Part shown: positions 31,322 to 41,649 of the stretch, in pieces
How the letters are laid out: every line of letters begins with the position of its first letter
Position numbering within the stretch: the stretch's first letter is position 1
DNA from: an uncultured Bacteroidia bacterium
Lineage (GTDB): Bacteria; Bacteroidota; Bacteroidia; Bacteroidales; ML635J-15
DNA: 64,000 bases
Assembly (NCBI GenBank): GCA_902800045.1
Contig: CADCCZ010000001.1
Location: 436,640 to 500,639 of the forward strand
Reading direction: 5' to 3'
Program-made: the position numbers and the translations under genes
The notes under the pieces: generated by a model
The model's database searches: none
Seen by the model: the letters and a program-made list of their open reading frames with translations, nothing else
What the model was told of the DNA's origin: nothing

Positions 31322-32095
31322 ATGAGCAACAAGGTAATCAGAGATTTGCGCGTTGTTGGAAACGAAAAAATCGGAGGCTCGTTCTTTATGCTCACCTTGC
31401 AGAGCGAGGACGCACTGCCAGTGATAATGCCGGCACAGTTTGCCGAAGTCAAGATTGACAACTCGGTTGGAACTTTCCTCCGCCGTCCAATAAGCATCCA
31501 CGATGTCGATTACGACAAGCAGACCATCAAGCTGTTGGTGAAGGTCGCCGGCGAAGGTACTGGCAAACTTGCCAATGCTAAGCTGGGCGATATGATAAGC
31601 GTTGTCTTCCCGCTTGGCAATACTTTTGCGTTGCCGCTGTCGGGCAGGGTGCTGCTCGTTGGTGGTGGTGTTGGCGTGGCTCCGTTGCTGTTCACCGCAA
31701 GGTATATGCAGAGGTTTGGCTTCCGTCCCGACATTCTGCTCGGCTACCGCAGTAAGTCGAACATTTTGCGCAAGGAGGTTTACGAGCAGTATGGCAATGT
31801 GTTCTATGCCACCGACGACGGCAGCTTCGGCGAGAAGGGAACCGTAATGGACCATTCGATTTTCAAGGCGGAGAATTTCCCATATACCGAAATTCTTGCC
31901 TGCGGACCGGAACCAATGATGCGTGCGCTTGCAAAATGGGCGCTGGAACACAATGTCGAATGCGAGGTTTCGCTCGAAAACAAGATGGCTTGCGGAATCG
32001 GTGCTTGCCTGTGTTGCGTACAGAATACCAAGGAAGGTCACAAGTGCGTATGCACCGAAGGACCAGTGTTTAATGTAAAACAATTGCTATGGTAA
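31322..32095 (+). CDS. pyrK: Dihydroorotate dehydrogenase B electron-transfer subunit
   Basis: [32 protein letters not shown] and CTEGPVF motifs; adjacent to pyrD. Confidence 0.92.
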   Translation: MSNKVIRDLRVVGNEKIGGSFFMLTLQSEDALPVIMPAQFAEVKIDNSVGTFLRRPISIHDVDYDKQTIKLLVKVAGEGTGKLANAKLGDMISVVFPLGNTFALPLSGRVLLVGGGVGVAPLLFTARYMQRFGFRPDILLGYRSKSNILRKEVYEQYGNVFYATDDGSFGEKGTVMDHSIFKAENFPYTEILACGPEPMMRALAKWALEHNVECEVSLENKMACGIGACLCCVQNTKEGHKCVCTEGPVFNVKQLLW

Positions 32096-33000
32096 ACTTG
32101 AATGTAGATTTTAACGGATTGAAGCTGAAGAATCCCGTGATGACAGCATCGGGAACTTTCGGCTTTGGATTGGAATATGCCGATTTCGTTGACCTTGAAC
32201 GACTTGGTGGCTTTGTGGTAAAGGGAACGACCTTGCATCATCGCGAGGGAAATCCTTATCCGCGTATGGCCGAGACCGCTTCGGGAATGTTGAACGCTGT
32301 CGGACTTCAGAACAAGGGCGTTGACTATTTCTGCAAGGAGACTTATCCGCAGTTGAAGGACTTGAAAACCAATGTCATTGTAAATGTAAGCGGTTCGTGC
32401 GTTGAAGATTATGTTGAAACGGCGCGTCGGGTAGGGGAACTGCCAAATATCCCAGCCATCGAGCTTAACATTTCGTGTCCCAATGTAAAGGAAGGCGGAA
32501 TGGCTTTCGGTACCGACCCGAAGTCGGCTGGCGAAGTTGTTGCTGCTGTGCGCAAGGCATACGGAATGCACTTGATGGTAAAGCTTTCGCCAAATGTAAC
32601 CAACATTGTATCAATAGCCAAGGCTGTTGAAGATGCTGGTGCCGATTCTGTTTCGCTGGTCAATACCTTCTTGGGAATGGCAATCGATGTAAGGACTCGC
32701 CGTCCGAAACTTTCGACCATAACTGGCGGAATGTCGGGTCCTGCAATAAAGCCAATTGCCGTGCGTATGGTATGGCAGGTGGCTCAGAATGTGAAGATTC
32801 CTGTTTGCGGACTTGGCGGAATTGTTACTGCCGACGATGCAATAGAATTCTTGCTTGCCGGTGCTTCGTGCATTCAGGTCGGAACAGCCAATTTCCTGTA
32901 TCCCGATGCAACAATGCGCGTGCTTGACGGAATCGAACTTTACTGCGAAAAATATGGTGTAAAGGATATTTCTGAACTTATTGGCGGAATGAAGCAATGA
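32089..33000 (+). CDS. pyrD: Dihydroorotate dehydrogenase B catalytic subunit
   Basis: [32 protein letters not shown] and [10 protein letters not shown] motifs. Confidence 0.95.
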   Translation: MVNLNVDFNGLKLKNPVMTASGTFGFGLEYADFVDLERLGGFVVKGTTLHHREGNPYPRMAETASGMLNAVGLQNKGVDYFCKETYPQLKDLKTNVIVNVSGSCVEDYVETARRVGELPNIPAIELNISCPNVKEGGMAFGTDPKSAGEVVAAVRKAYGMHLMVKLSPNVTNIVSIAKAVEDAGADSVSLVNTFLGMAIDVRTRRPKLSTITGGMSGPAIKPIAVRMVWQVAQNVKIPVCGLGGIVTADDAIEFLLAGASCIQVGTANFLYPDATMRVLDGIELYCEKYGVKDISELIGGMKQ

Positions 33001-34253
33001 AAAAGCTTGTTGTAATATTGTTGATGCTTATGTTCTCGCTGTCAGGGAATTGCGCTTATATGCTCATTCCGATGGACGATTCGCAGACCGACCATCTGAA
33101 GGCCTACGGACTTACCTACTGGTCGCTGGAGCAGGGACTTGAAGCGTGGTGGCTGCTTAACTACCGTGGCGGAAGTTTCATAATCGGCTTCTCGTCAGAG
33201 GCTGAGCGCGAGTGCATTTTGCGTAATGTGTCGTACGAGATTATTGCCGATGCACAGAAAAATGCCATTTTCAACGACATTTCGGCTCCATCGGTCAATC
33301 AGGATGCTGTAAAGTTGGAAAAAGCACCGAAAATTGCCGTTTATACGCCACCTATTTCGCAGCCCTGGGACGATGCCGTGACTTTGGCATTGACATACGC
33401 CGAAATTCCATATGACAAGATTTATGATACCGAAATAATTGAAGGCAAACTTGCTGAGTATGACTGGCTTCACCTTCACCACGAGGACTTTACAGGTCAG
33501 TATGGAAAGTTCTATGCTTCTTATGCCCGTATGCAGTGGTATCAGGAGCGTCAGAAGTTGAGCGAAGAGGAAGCCGCAAACCTTGGTTTCAGCAAAGTTT
33601 CAAAACTGAAACTTGCTGTGGTGTTGGCAATTAAGCAGTATGTTTTCAATGGAGGCTTTATGTTTGCGATGTGCGCCGCTACAGATACTTTCGACATTGC
33701 ACTTGCCGCTGCCAATACTGACATTTGCGAATATATGTTCGATGGCGACGGCATGGACCCTAATGCACAGCAGAAGCTGGACTACGATAACTGCCTTGCT
33801 TTTCAGAACTTTACGGTAAAGACAAATCCATACGAGTACGAGTTTTCCGATATTGATGTAACTCAGTCGAAACGTTCAGGTACAAATGAGGATTATTTCT
33901 CGCTGTTTGAGTTTTCGGCCAAGTGGGACCCTGTTCCGACAATGCTTTGCCAGAACCATGCGGCTCTCATTCACGGCTTTATGGGACAGACCACAGCCTT
34001 CAAACGCGATTTGGTAAAGCCTAATGTGTTGATAATGGGCGAGAACAAGTCGATGAACGAAGCCCGCTACATTCACGGTGAGTACGGACAGGGAATGTGG
34101 ACTTTCTACGGCGGTCACGACCCCGAGGACTATAGGCATTATGTTGGCGATGAAAAGACCGACTTGTCGCTTTATCCGAATTCGCCGGGCTACAGGCTGA
34201 TTCTCAACAATGTGCTTTTCCCTGCTGCTAAGAAGAAGAAACAAAAAACATAG
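32997..34253 (+). CDS. Conserved Bacteroidota secreted protein (commonly labelled 'asparagine synthetase B'; function uncertain)
   Basis: Signal peptide; [39 protein letters not shown] and [17 protein letters not shown] motifs. Confidence 0.75.
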   Translation: MKKLVVILLMLMFSLSGNCAYMLIPMDDSQTDHLKAYGLTYWSLEQGLEAWWLLNYRGGSFIIGFSSEAERECILRNVSYEIIADAQKNAIFNDISAPSVNQDAVKLEKAPKIAVYTPPISQPWDDAVTLALTYAEIPYDKIYDTEIIEGKLAEYDWLHLHHEDFTGQYGKFYASYARMQWYQERQKLSEEEAANLGFSKVSKLKLAVVLAIKQYVFNGGFMFAMCAATDTFDIALAAANTDICEYMFDGDGMDPNAQQKLDYDNCLAFQNFTVKTNPYEYEFSDIDVTQSKRSGTNEDYFSLFEFSAKWDPVPTMLCQNHAALIHGFMGQTTAFKRDLVKPNVLIMGENKSMNEARYIHGEYGQGMWTFYGGHDPEDYRHYVGDEKTDLSLYPNSPGYRLILNNVLFPAAKKKKQKT

Positions 34254-34259
34254 GATTTC

Positions 34260-34985
34260 GTGAAAAAACTGGTTGCAATATTGCTTTTAGTGTGTGCTGT
34301 AAATATGGCATATACCCAGTTTTTTGACAATACTTTGGTAAAAGTCCGACCGTTCAAGTTCTTTTTCAACCCAAATATTGGACTTGAAAAGCCTGTTTCT
34401 TCAATGTTCAGCATTACATCAGAACTTGCATATCGTAAGTTCGATAATTTTTATGATGGTAGCCTCAAGGGTCAATACTTTGATAATGATTGGTTTGGCT
34501 ATCCAAGCAAGGTGAAGTTCAACGGTTTTGAAGTGGCTTTGGGAGCAAGGATGTATCTAATTACGGTTCAATCGGAAATACTTAAAGGCTACTACTGGAT
34601 AGCACCGTTTGGCTTGTACTACGAGGCTATTGTCGATTACAGCCATTCGTGGGTTTACGATTTGCAAATTTACGATTACGGGCGCTCGGTTTACCATAAC
34701 GTGAATTATCCTTACTACAGGGCCAATGTCAGACTTGACAATTTGTCGCTGTTGTTGTTGATTGGTTATCAACTAAATATAAAGAATATCATTTCGTTTG
34801 ATATGAATATTGGCGCAAGATATTTTTGCGTTTCAAGAGATTCGCGGCAAATTGTTTTGGCAAATCCAACTTATTCCGACATAAATGTTGATGACAAGCT
34901 TGTTGACAACAATCGTCGTTGGCAGATGGCAGGAAGGATTACGTTGGGATATTATATAAGGTACGACTGGATGAAGAAACGGTAA
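34260..34985 (+). CDS. Putative outer-membrane beta-barrel protein (DUF3575-like)
   Basis: Signal peptide, alternating aromatic beta-strands and a C-terminal RITLGYY strand. Confidence 0.55.
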   Translation: MKKLVAILLLVCAVNMAYTQFFDNTLVKVRPFKFFFNPNIGLEKPVSSMFSITSELAYRKFDNFYDGSLKGQYFDNDWFGYPSKVKFNGFEVALGARMYLITVQSEILKGYYWIAPFGLYYEAIVDYSHSWVYDLQIYDYGRSVYHNVNYPYYRANVRLDNLSLLLLIGYQLNIKNIISFDMNIGARYFCVSRDSRQIVLANPTYSDINVDDKLVDNNRRWQMAGRITLGYYIRYDWMKKR

Positions 34986-34986
34986 T

Positions 34987-35913
34987 TCAGTCTATTACGT
35001 TCAATCCACCCTTTATCATTGAAATTTCGTAGGGACTGTCGCCGATTATTTCACCGTCGGTTTCGGCAAATGTTGGGCAATCGTAGGTTACCTTGATGCT
35101 GTTTTCGGTGCGAGCGAAAACGACATTATTGTTTTTTATTTGCTTTATAGTGCTGTTGTATAGACGGTTTACATTCCTTATTACAAAGAACTTGCCGATG
35201 TCGCCGAAGATGGAAATGTCGTATGCTCCGTCGTTTATGACCGCATCGGGTGTCTGTTGCATTCCACCGCCGGAAAATTTTCCGTTGGCAATGCTGATTG
35301 AAAGCACTTTCCCGCTGAATTTAAAGTCTTCGGCTTCGATTGTGACATTGCGCTTTTTGCATTTTAGCAGGCATTTGAGCAGACTGAGCAAATAGGTAAT
35401 TTCCTTGCCTCGCTGTTCGTGCGAAAGTTCGTTTGTCATCTTGACAATCTCTGCGTCAAAGCCAAAACCAATGCTGTTGATGAAATATCTCGTCTTTCGT
35501 TCTCCGTTTTCCGTAAATGTTACAACGCCGACGTCCTGTTTTGTTATGTTGTGCTTAAGAAGTCGCTCGATTGAAGCTTTGTAGTCGTTTTCCCAGCCAT
35601 AGTAGCGGTTCCAGTCGTTTGCTGTGCCCATAGGGATTGAGCCGAGGCAGATTTCGGAGTAGGGGACTTCGGTCTGCGAGAAAATTCCGTTTACAATCTC
35701 GTTGGTAGTGCCGTCGCCGCCAAGCACAATAAGGTTTCGGTATCCTTCGGCGAGGATTCGTGGAATATTGACAATGGCATCGCCAGCAGATTTTGTGAGA
35801 TAATGACCGTATTGGATGCCTTTTTCGTCAAGATAAGCTAGGATTTCCTTCCAGATTCTACCTTTGTCGTTGCCCGAATTCGGATTTACTATGAAAAACA
35901 GTTCGTTGCCCAT
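34987..35913 (-). CDS. Diacylglycerol/lipid kinase family protein (YegS/BmrU)
   Basis: NPNSG, GGDGT, PMGTAND, GFGFDAE and DGE motifs. Confidence 0.9.
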   Translation of the reverse strand: MGNELFFIVNPNSGNDKGRIWKEILAYLDEKGIQYGHYLTKSAGDAIVNIPRILAEGYRNLIVLGGDGTTNEIVNGIFSQTEVPYSEICLGSIPMGTANDWNRYYGWENDYKASIERLLKHNITKQDVGVVTFTENGERKTRYFINSIGFGFDAEIVKMTNELSHEQRGKEITYLLSLLKCLLKCKKRNVTIEAEDFKFSGKVLSISIANGKFSGGGMQQTPDAVINDGAYDISIFGDIGKFFVIRNVNRLYNSTIKQIKNNNVVFARTENSIKVTYDCPTFAETDGEIIGDSPYEISMIKGGLNVID

Positions 35914-37130
35914 TAGAACATTGTTTTTATTCGTTTTAGTCCGTTTATGAAGACATCAATTTCTTCCATTGTGTTGTAGAAGGCGAACGAAGCGCGTGCT
36001 GTGCCTGTGATTCCAAAATGTTGCATTGCAGGTTCGGCGCAATGTGTGCCTGTACGTATTGCAATGCCGAGTTGGTCGAGGAGAATGCCAGCGTCAGAGA
36101 AGTGGATTCCGTCCATTACGAACGAAATGAGGCTTGCCTTGTTCGGCGCGGTGCCAATGATTCTTACCCAGTCGAACTGCGAAATTTGTTCGGTGGCGTA
36201 GTCAAGAAGCTGTTTTTCGTAAGCTTCAATTTCTTTAATGCCAATATTCTGTATGTATAGAATTGCTTTTTCGAGGGCAATTGCATCGATGTAGTTTGGT
36301 GTTCCTGCTTCGAATTTGAAGGGCAGTACATTGTAGGTTGTCTTGGCAAAACTTACGCTTTCAATCATTTCGCCGCCACCCTGATATGGAACCATCTGTT
36401 CGAGAAGCGATTTTTTGCCGTAAAGTACGCCAACGCCGGTAGGACCGTAGGTCTTGTGTCCCGAGAACACATAGAAGTCGCAGTCGAGTGCCTGAACATC
36501 GACGTTTGTATGCTGGACGCCCTGTGCTCCGTCGATTAGGACGGGAATGTTGTGCTTGTGGGCGGTATCAATGATTTCCTTAATTGGGTTTACTGTGCCG
36601 AGAACGTTGGAAATCTGCGTTACAGCAACGATTTTTGTGCGGTCGGTAATCAGCGATTCCAGTTTTCCGACTTCAAGAACGCCGTTGTCATCGAATGGCA
36701 AGACCTTGATAATGGACTTTTTGCGGTCGCAGAGGAGTTGCCACGGCACGATGTCGGAGTGGTGTTCCATTTCGGAAACGATGATTTCATCGCCTTCGCC
36801 GATGAAGGTTTCGCCGAACGAATATGCCACGAGGTTGATGGATTCGGTAGTTCCGCGTGTGAAGATTATTTCCTCGGTGGAACTAGCGTTTATGAATTTC
36901 CGAACGGTTTCGCGGGCACGCTCGTTGGCTTCGGTGGCGAAGTTGCTGAGGTAGTGTACTCCGCGGTGGATATTCGAATTGAAGCGCGAATAGTATTCGG
37001 CTATCGTGTCGATTACTATTCGCGGCTTTTGTGATGTTGCTGCATTGTCGAAATAGACAAGCGGCTTGTTATGAACCTTTTCTGAAAGTATCGGGAAGTC
37101 TTTCCTGATTTCTTTTACGTCAAAATTCAT
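35913..37130 (-). CDS. sufS: Cysteine desulfurase SufS
   Basis: YFDNAATSQKP, EHHS, DGAQ, SGHK, FEAGTP and RTGTHCA motifs. Confidence 0.93.
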   Translation of the reverse strand: MNFDVKEIRKDFPILSEKVHNKPLVYFDNAATSQKPRIVIDTIAEYYSRFNSNIHRGVHYLSNFATEANERARETVRKFINASSTEEIIFTRGTTESINLVAYSFGETFIGEGDEIIVSEMEHHSDIVPWQLLCDRKKSIIKVLPFDDNGVLEVGKLESLITDRTKIVAVTQISNVLGTVNPIKEIIDTAHKHNIPVLIDGAQGVQHTNVDVQALDCDFYVFSGHKTYGPTGVGVLYGKKSLLEQMVPYQGGGEMIESVSFAKTTYNVLPFKFEAGTPNYIDAIALEKAILYIQNIGIKEIEAYEKQLLDYATEQISQFDWVRIIGTAPNKASLISFVMDGIHFSDAGILLDQLGIAIRTGTHCAEPAMQHFGITGTARASFAFYNTMEEIDVFINGLKRIKTMF

Positions 37131-37140
37131 TTTAAAGTTT

Positions 37141-39033
37141 TTATTCTACAATAAGTTTGCTGACGCTAACATTGTTGCCGTTGTACGACTTCAAAGTGTA
37201 AACGCCCTTTGCTTTGTTTGTTAGGTCGATAGTTGTATTGTTGGCATTAACCTGCTGCTGCATTACGAGTTTGCCTGTAATGTCGTAAACTTCAATGCTT
37301 TCGATGTTTTCGCCACTGATGTTGAACATTCCTTCTGATGGGTTGGGGTAGATGCTGTTTACAACATTTTCCTCAGCAACATCAACTACATAGTAGTCGC
37401 TAACCATGAATCTCTTCGACTGCATTACGCGGCCTTGAGTGTGGTTTTCAACCCAAACGACAACCTTGCACTTTGTAATGTCGTAGTCGTCGCTGACGGT
37501 GATTGTATAGCTAGTGCTGAACTGGTTGTTTCCGTCGAAAGTTGCTACAGTACCGTTTGCATTGGGGTACATAACGCGGACAAGATTGTTAATCTTTCCT
37601 GCTACACCCCAGTTGTAGTTGATGTCTTCTGCAAGGGCTGCCATGACCACAATCTGGTCGTTGCCAAAGTATTCCGAAAGTTTTTCTGCGGTAACATTCA
37701 GAGTGAAAGTCTTGCTTCCAACTTCTGTTTGTACTAATTCTGCATTTAGGTTGTAAATAGAATTGATGTCCTTGACGTAATTGTAAAATGTTGTAATATA
37801 TTGCTGTTCTTCGGATATGGTTGTTGAATATAGTCCTGCCATTCCGATGTAGCCGTCGAATACCATAGAAGGTGTTCCATCGAATCCGTAGTTTTGTCCG
37901 TACATGTTATCTTTTCCTGCCCAGTATTGGAAGCGGTTGGCTGATTCGGTATAACCGTATGTGTCTGAGATATGTTGGTCAAGAACAATAATGTCGTAAT
38001 TGCCAGTAGCTTCCATGTTGTCGAGAGCTTTTGCTGCGTATGGGCAGTAGCCGCAACCTCTGTATGAGAATACTTCAACGAGTACATTTTGTCTTTCAAC
38101 ACCGCCTTCGATAACAGCCTGTGCTGTATTTGACGCTGCCGAGTAACCAATTGCTGTTCCGCAGTATGCGCGTACCTGATAGTTGTATGTCATTGGGTAG
38201 AGGTGTTCGTCGGTATATGTGGTTCCAGTTGTGGTTGCAACTTCTTCTCCTTCGCGAGAAATTGAGTAGTAAACAAGGTTGTCGTTGTCAACTGCAGTCC
38301 AGCTGAGGACAACATCGTTTTCGTTCTGAACTGTGGCCGTGAGGTTTGTAGGTGCTGCTGGAGCAGGAACCTGTTCAATTACAAGGTCGTCGATGTAATA
38401 AAGACCAGCTTGGTTGTTTGCAGTGTGCGAGTAGAAGTCGATAGCATCGAGCTTGCATGTTGTGCCGTCGCCGTTTGTTCCCTTGCTCCACTGGTACGAG
38501 AGGACAACTTCGTCGTTCAGATAGAAGTCAATCCAGTCGTTGTCAAGGTCAACAAAATGCTGGATTTTGGTCCATGAGTCAGGTGTGTAAGGATGTGTGT
38601 ACTGACTTCCGTTGGCATCGATTGTGATTGTTCCTCCGTTGAATGTCAACTGAATACCCCATTGTGAGTTTTGACCGTTGAAATCCTGCAGAATATTGTA
38701 GTAACCTGTTTTGTTTGCAGGTACATACATGTAGAATTCAACTCTGTAGCGTCCTGTGGTAAGGTCGTTCATGTTGAGGATAACATCGGTTTCGGTGTTG
38801 CCATTGATGTATGCCTTCATCGACTTTGTACCATTGTGAGCCTGTTCTTCGCTTACAAGTCCACCAAGAACGCCAGTCCCCCACATTTCCCATTGTGGAG
38901 CTGCTACGGTTGACATATACGAGCCAGCATCGTAAGACTCAAAGTTTTCGTTTACAACCTGCTGTGAATTTGCAGTGATTGACATCAGCATTGCTGTTGC
39001 TGTTGCGATAATTAAATAATAAAATCTTCTCAT
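37141..39033 (-). CDS. T9SS type-A cargo: lectin-like domain, FN3, Omp28/thioredoxin-like (CGYC) domain and CTD
   Basis: Likely start MRRFYY at 39033 (promoter TATCTTTG at 39062-39069, - strand); APTNLTA FN3, VLVEVFSYRGCGYCP, and IYPNPS...KGVY..K...KLIVE CTD. Confidence 0.8.
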   Translation of the reverse strand: MRRFYYLIIATATAMLMSITANSQQVVNENFESYDAGSYMSTVAAPQWEMWGTGVLGGLVSEEQAHNGTKSMKAYINGNTETDVILNMNDLTTGRYRVEFYMYVPANKTGYYNILQDFNGQNSQWGIQLTFNGGTITIDANGSQYTHPYTPDSWTKIQHFVDLDNDWIDFYLNDEVVLSYQWSKGTNGDGTTCKLDAIDFYSHTANNQAGLYYIDDLVIEQVPAPAAPTNLTATVQNENDVVLSWTAVDNDNLVYYSISREGEEVATTTGTTYTDEHLYPMTYNYQVRAYCGTAIGYSAASNTAQAVIEGGVERQNVLVEVFSYRGCGYCPYAAKALDNMEATGNYDIIVLDQHISDTYGYTESANRFQYWAGKDNMYGQNYGFDGTPSMVFDGYIGMAGLYSTTISEEQQYITTFYNYVKDINSIYNLNAELVQTEVGSKTFTLNVTAEKLSEYFGNDQIVVMAALAEDINYNWGVAGKINNLVRVMYPNANGTVATFDGNNQFSTSYTITVSDDYDITKCKVVVWVENHTQGRVMQSKRFMVSDYYVVDVAEENVVNSIYPNPSEGMFNISGENIESIEVYDITGKLVMQQQVNANNTTIDLTNKAKGVYTLKSYNGNNVSVSKLIVE

Positions 39034-39136
39034 AAGACAAAAAATTGACGTTAATAATGCACAAAGATAAAACAAATTTGGGATTTACGATTGGGGATTT
39101 GTGATTTTTTTGATTGGATTTATAAATTCGGCAATT

Positions 39137-39200
39137 GTAGAGACGTGGCATGCTACGTCCCTACAAATTGTCCATTATTCATTGTCCATTGTCAATTATT
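39137..39200. repeat. GTAG-type REP-like palindrome followed by heptamer tandem repeats
   Basis: GTAGAGACGTGGCATGCTACGTCCCTAC (39137-39164), then about five (C/A)ATT(G/A)T(C/T) units. Confidence 0.65.
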
Positions 39201-40014
39201 CAAGGTAAATCTTTCCGCTCTTGTCGCTTCGGTTCAATTTCTTGTATTGCTCTGCCTTGTGCTTTACTACCATAATGAAATTGTAGGCGTTCATGCTGTT
39301 GATAAACTCTGCTGAAAAATCGCACCAATCGAGAAACCTGATTGTTTCAAGTTCCGTAAAGCCTGTAAGTTCCATAATTTGTACTGTAGTTATACGTTCC
39401 TCGATTAGTTGGCTTACGTGGTCTTTCTGCTGAAGTTCTGCTAGCTTTCTTCGTTCCTTTCCTTCCTTGCTGAAGGCTTCGTAAAGCGCTGTAATGGGAC
39501 TAAATGTAAATCCTGCGCCTGTAGTTGGCGTATTGTTATAAAAATTGATAGCTTTTTGTTTTGCAGGAAAGTTCTGCTGGGCATATACATAGTCGTCGTC
39601 GGGCAGGTTCATGGTGGTGACTTCGTATTTCAGCTGGTTGTATCGCCATTCGAAAATGTCAACGGTCGGAAGCATGTAGGCTTCGGTTTTCATCTTGACA
39701 ATCAACGGTTCGGTTCTGTCAACGGCTTTTTCGTCGATTACAACGTGCTTGCGCTCGTAGCCGAGCATAGAGAAGCGTATGGTGTCGTACATTTTTGCCG
39801 ACAACGCAAAATAACCCGCTGTGTCGCTTATTGTGCCCTCGCGTCGGTGACGGATGGATATGTTGGTGAAAATTAGTGGTTTGCCTGTTTCTTCGTCGAG
39901 AACGTAGCCTGCGATAATCACACGGTCGTCCATCTTGATGAACTGCGAAAACGAAAAATTGCAGCTAAATACCGCTATTGTAGTGATTAGTAATATTCTG
40001 ACTGCAACTTTCAT
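39196..40014 (-). CDS. Carboxypeptidase-regulatory-like domain protein (Bacteroidota)
   Basis: Signal peptide; GYVLDEETGKPL, GTISDTAGYF, FSMLGY and SPITALYEAFSKEGK motifs. Confidence 0.75.
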   Translation of the reverse strand: MKVAVRILLITTIAVFSCNFSFSQFIKMDDRVIIAGYVLDEETGKPLIFTNISIRHRREGTISDTAGYFALSAKMYDTIRFSMLGYERKHVVIDEKAVDRTEPLIVKMKTEAYMLPTVDIFEWRYNQLKYEVTTMNLPDDDYVYAQQNFPAKQKAINFYNNTPTTGAGFTFSPITALYEAFSKEGKERRKLAELQQKDHVSQLIEERITTVQIMELTGFTELETIRFLDWCDFSAEFINSMNAYNFIMVVKHKAEQYKKLNRSDKSGKIYLE

Positions 40015-40024
40015 CGTGATGAAT

Positions 40025-41146
40025 TTATTTCACGAATTCGAGAACCGAATCGGTTATGTATTTCAGTGTTTCTTCGTTGAGTTCGGTGTTCATCGGCAGA
40101 GCCATTACCGATTCGCAAAGTTTGTCGGTGACGGGGAATGCGTTCGGGTCTGACTTGAATCCTTGGAATGCCTTTTGTTTGTGTAATGGGATAGGGTAGT
40201 ACACAGCAGATGCTATGCCTTTGGCTTTCAGGTGTTCCATTAGTGCGGTACGGTCAACGCCATTGAGGCGAACAACATATTGGTGGAAAGTATGGGTGGT
40301 CTTGTCGGCACGTTTTGGCGTGCTGATTTTCGTGCAGTTGGCGAAAGCCTTGTCGTAGAAGTCGGCAGCCTTGCGACGTGCGTTGTTGTATTCGTCCAAG
40401 TGTGGCAATTTTGCGCGGAGCACTACTGCCTGAATGGTGTCGAGACGTGAATTTACTCCAATGCGGTCGTGGTGGTAGCGGATTTCCATGCCGTGGTTGA
40501 CGATGGATGAGATTTTTTCGGCAAGTTCGGCATCGTTGGTGAACAATGCTCCGCCGTCGCCGTAGCAACCGAGGTTTTTCGACGGGAAGAACGATGTGCA
40601 GCCGATGTGACCGATTGTTCCAGCCTTTTTCACTGTGCCGTCCGAAAAATGGTAGTCGCTGCCGATTGCCTGTGCGGTGTCTTCGATGACATAAAGGTTA
40701 TGGCGGCGTGCAATGTCCATAATGCGTTCCATATCGGCGCACTGACCGAAAAGATGTACGGGGACTATTGCCTTTGTGCGCGGAGTGATAGCCTTTTCAA
40801 TCTCGTCGGGGTTTATGAGATATGTTTCAGGGTCAACATCGACCATAACAGGCGTGAGTTGCAGCAGCGCGATAGTTTCGACTGTGGCGATGAATGTGAA
40901 ATCGGTGGAGATAACTTCGTCGCCTGGTTTCAGTCCGAGAGCCATCATTGCAATTTGCAAAGCGTCGGTGCCGTTTCCGCAGGTTATCACGTTGCCAACG
41001 TTCAGATAGGTAGCCAGTTCCTTGCGGAAATCCTTGACATCCTGACCGTTGATGAATTCGGTGTTGTTTATCACTCGTGCAATACCGCTGTCGATTTCGT
41101 CCTTTATTTTTAGGTATTGCGACTTTAAGTCAACCATTTGTATCAT
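40025..41146 (-). CDS. DegT/DnrJ/EryC1/StrS PLP-dependent sugar aminotransferase
   Basis: Likely start MIQMVDLK at 41146 (promoter TATATTTG at 41163-41170, - strand); NGTDAL, PVHLFGQ, IEDTAQ, SFFPSKNLG and NSRLD motifs. Confidence 0.92.
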   Translation of the reverse strand: MIQMVDLKSQYLKIKDEIDSGIARVINNTEFINGQDVKDFRKELATYLNVGNVITCGNGTDALQIAMMALGLKPGDEVISTDFTFIATVETIALLQLTPVMVDVDPETYLINPDEIEKAITPRTKAIVPVHLFGQCADMERIMDIARRHNLYVIEDTAQAIGSDYHFSDGTVKKAGTIGHIGCTSFFPSKNLGCYGDGGALFTNDAELAEKISSIVNHGMEIRYHHDRIGVNSRLDTIQAVVLRAKLPHLDEYNNARRKAADFYDKAFANCTKISTPKRADKTTHTFHQYVVRLNGVDRTALMEHLKAKGIASAVYYPIPLHKQKAFQGFKSDPNAFPVTDKLCESVMALPMNTELNEETLKYITDSVLEFVK

Positions 41147-41228
41147 ACTCGAAAATTTTTTGCAAATATATGAAGAATGGCGATAATTCGCCATCTTCAC
41201 AATCGGAACTTTTTCCCATCATTCGCTT

Positions 41229-41399
41229 TTACGCAAGTTCCAAAATTTTTTTCACCAATTTGTCGCTTGGACTAATGTCCGGCAGAAACTTCAATGACCT
41301 GTCAAAATCTGCTATCTCATTGAGGTCCAGCAGGTATTCTTCGGTTTCGTTCTTTGCGTTGGTGTTAATTGTGTAAAAATACGTGTAGACATCCATCAT
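41229..41399 (-). CDS. Small hypothetical protein (56 aa, below ORF-track cutoff)
   Basis: MMDVYTYFYT...LPDISPSDKLVKKILELA*, read manually. Confidence 0.55.
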   Translation of the reverse strand: MMDVYTYFYTINTNAKNETEEYLLDLNEIADFDRSLKFLPDISPSDKLVKKILELA

Positions 41400-41501
41400 A
41401 GGCGAATATGTTTTTTGTTTGTGAGTATAACGGAGGTTTTTCCCTTTTATTATTTGATGATGAAAAAAATTATCAAATTTTTGAACCCTTGAATCTCGAC
41501 T

Positions 41502-41606
41502 CGACGCAATGCATTGCGTCGCTACTACAATTGTTGAATTTTTAAATCATCGAATCTTTGAACCTTGAACATTAAACATTAAACGTTGAACGTAAAACCT
41601 GAAACG
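41502..41606. repeat. REP-like palindrome and heptamer tandem array
   Basis: Perfect palindrome CGACGCAATGCATTGCGTCG plus CTAC (41502-41525); seven TTGAACN-like heptamers at 41558-41606. Confidence 0.65.
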
Positions 41607-41649
41607 GCGCGGCCATAAAAAACTAGAAACTTCCAAACGGCTTTAGTCC

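Noticed and set aside
31223-32083. 286-aa antisense ORF over pyrK
   Set aside because: Shadow of a conserved gene with no recognisable motifs. The same applies to the many short antisense ORFs over the LRR stalks.
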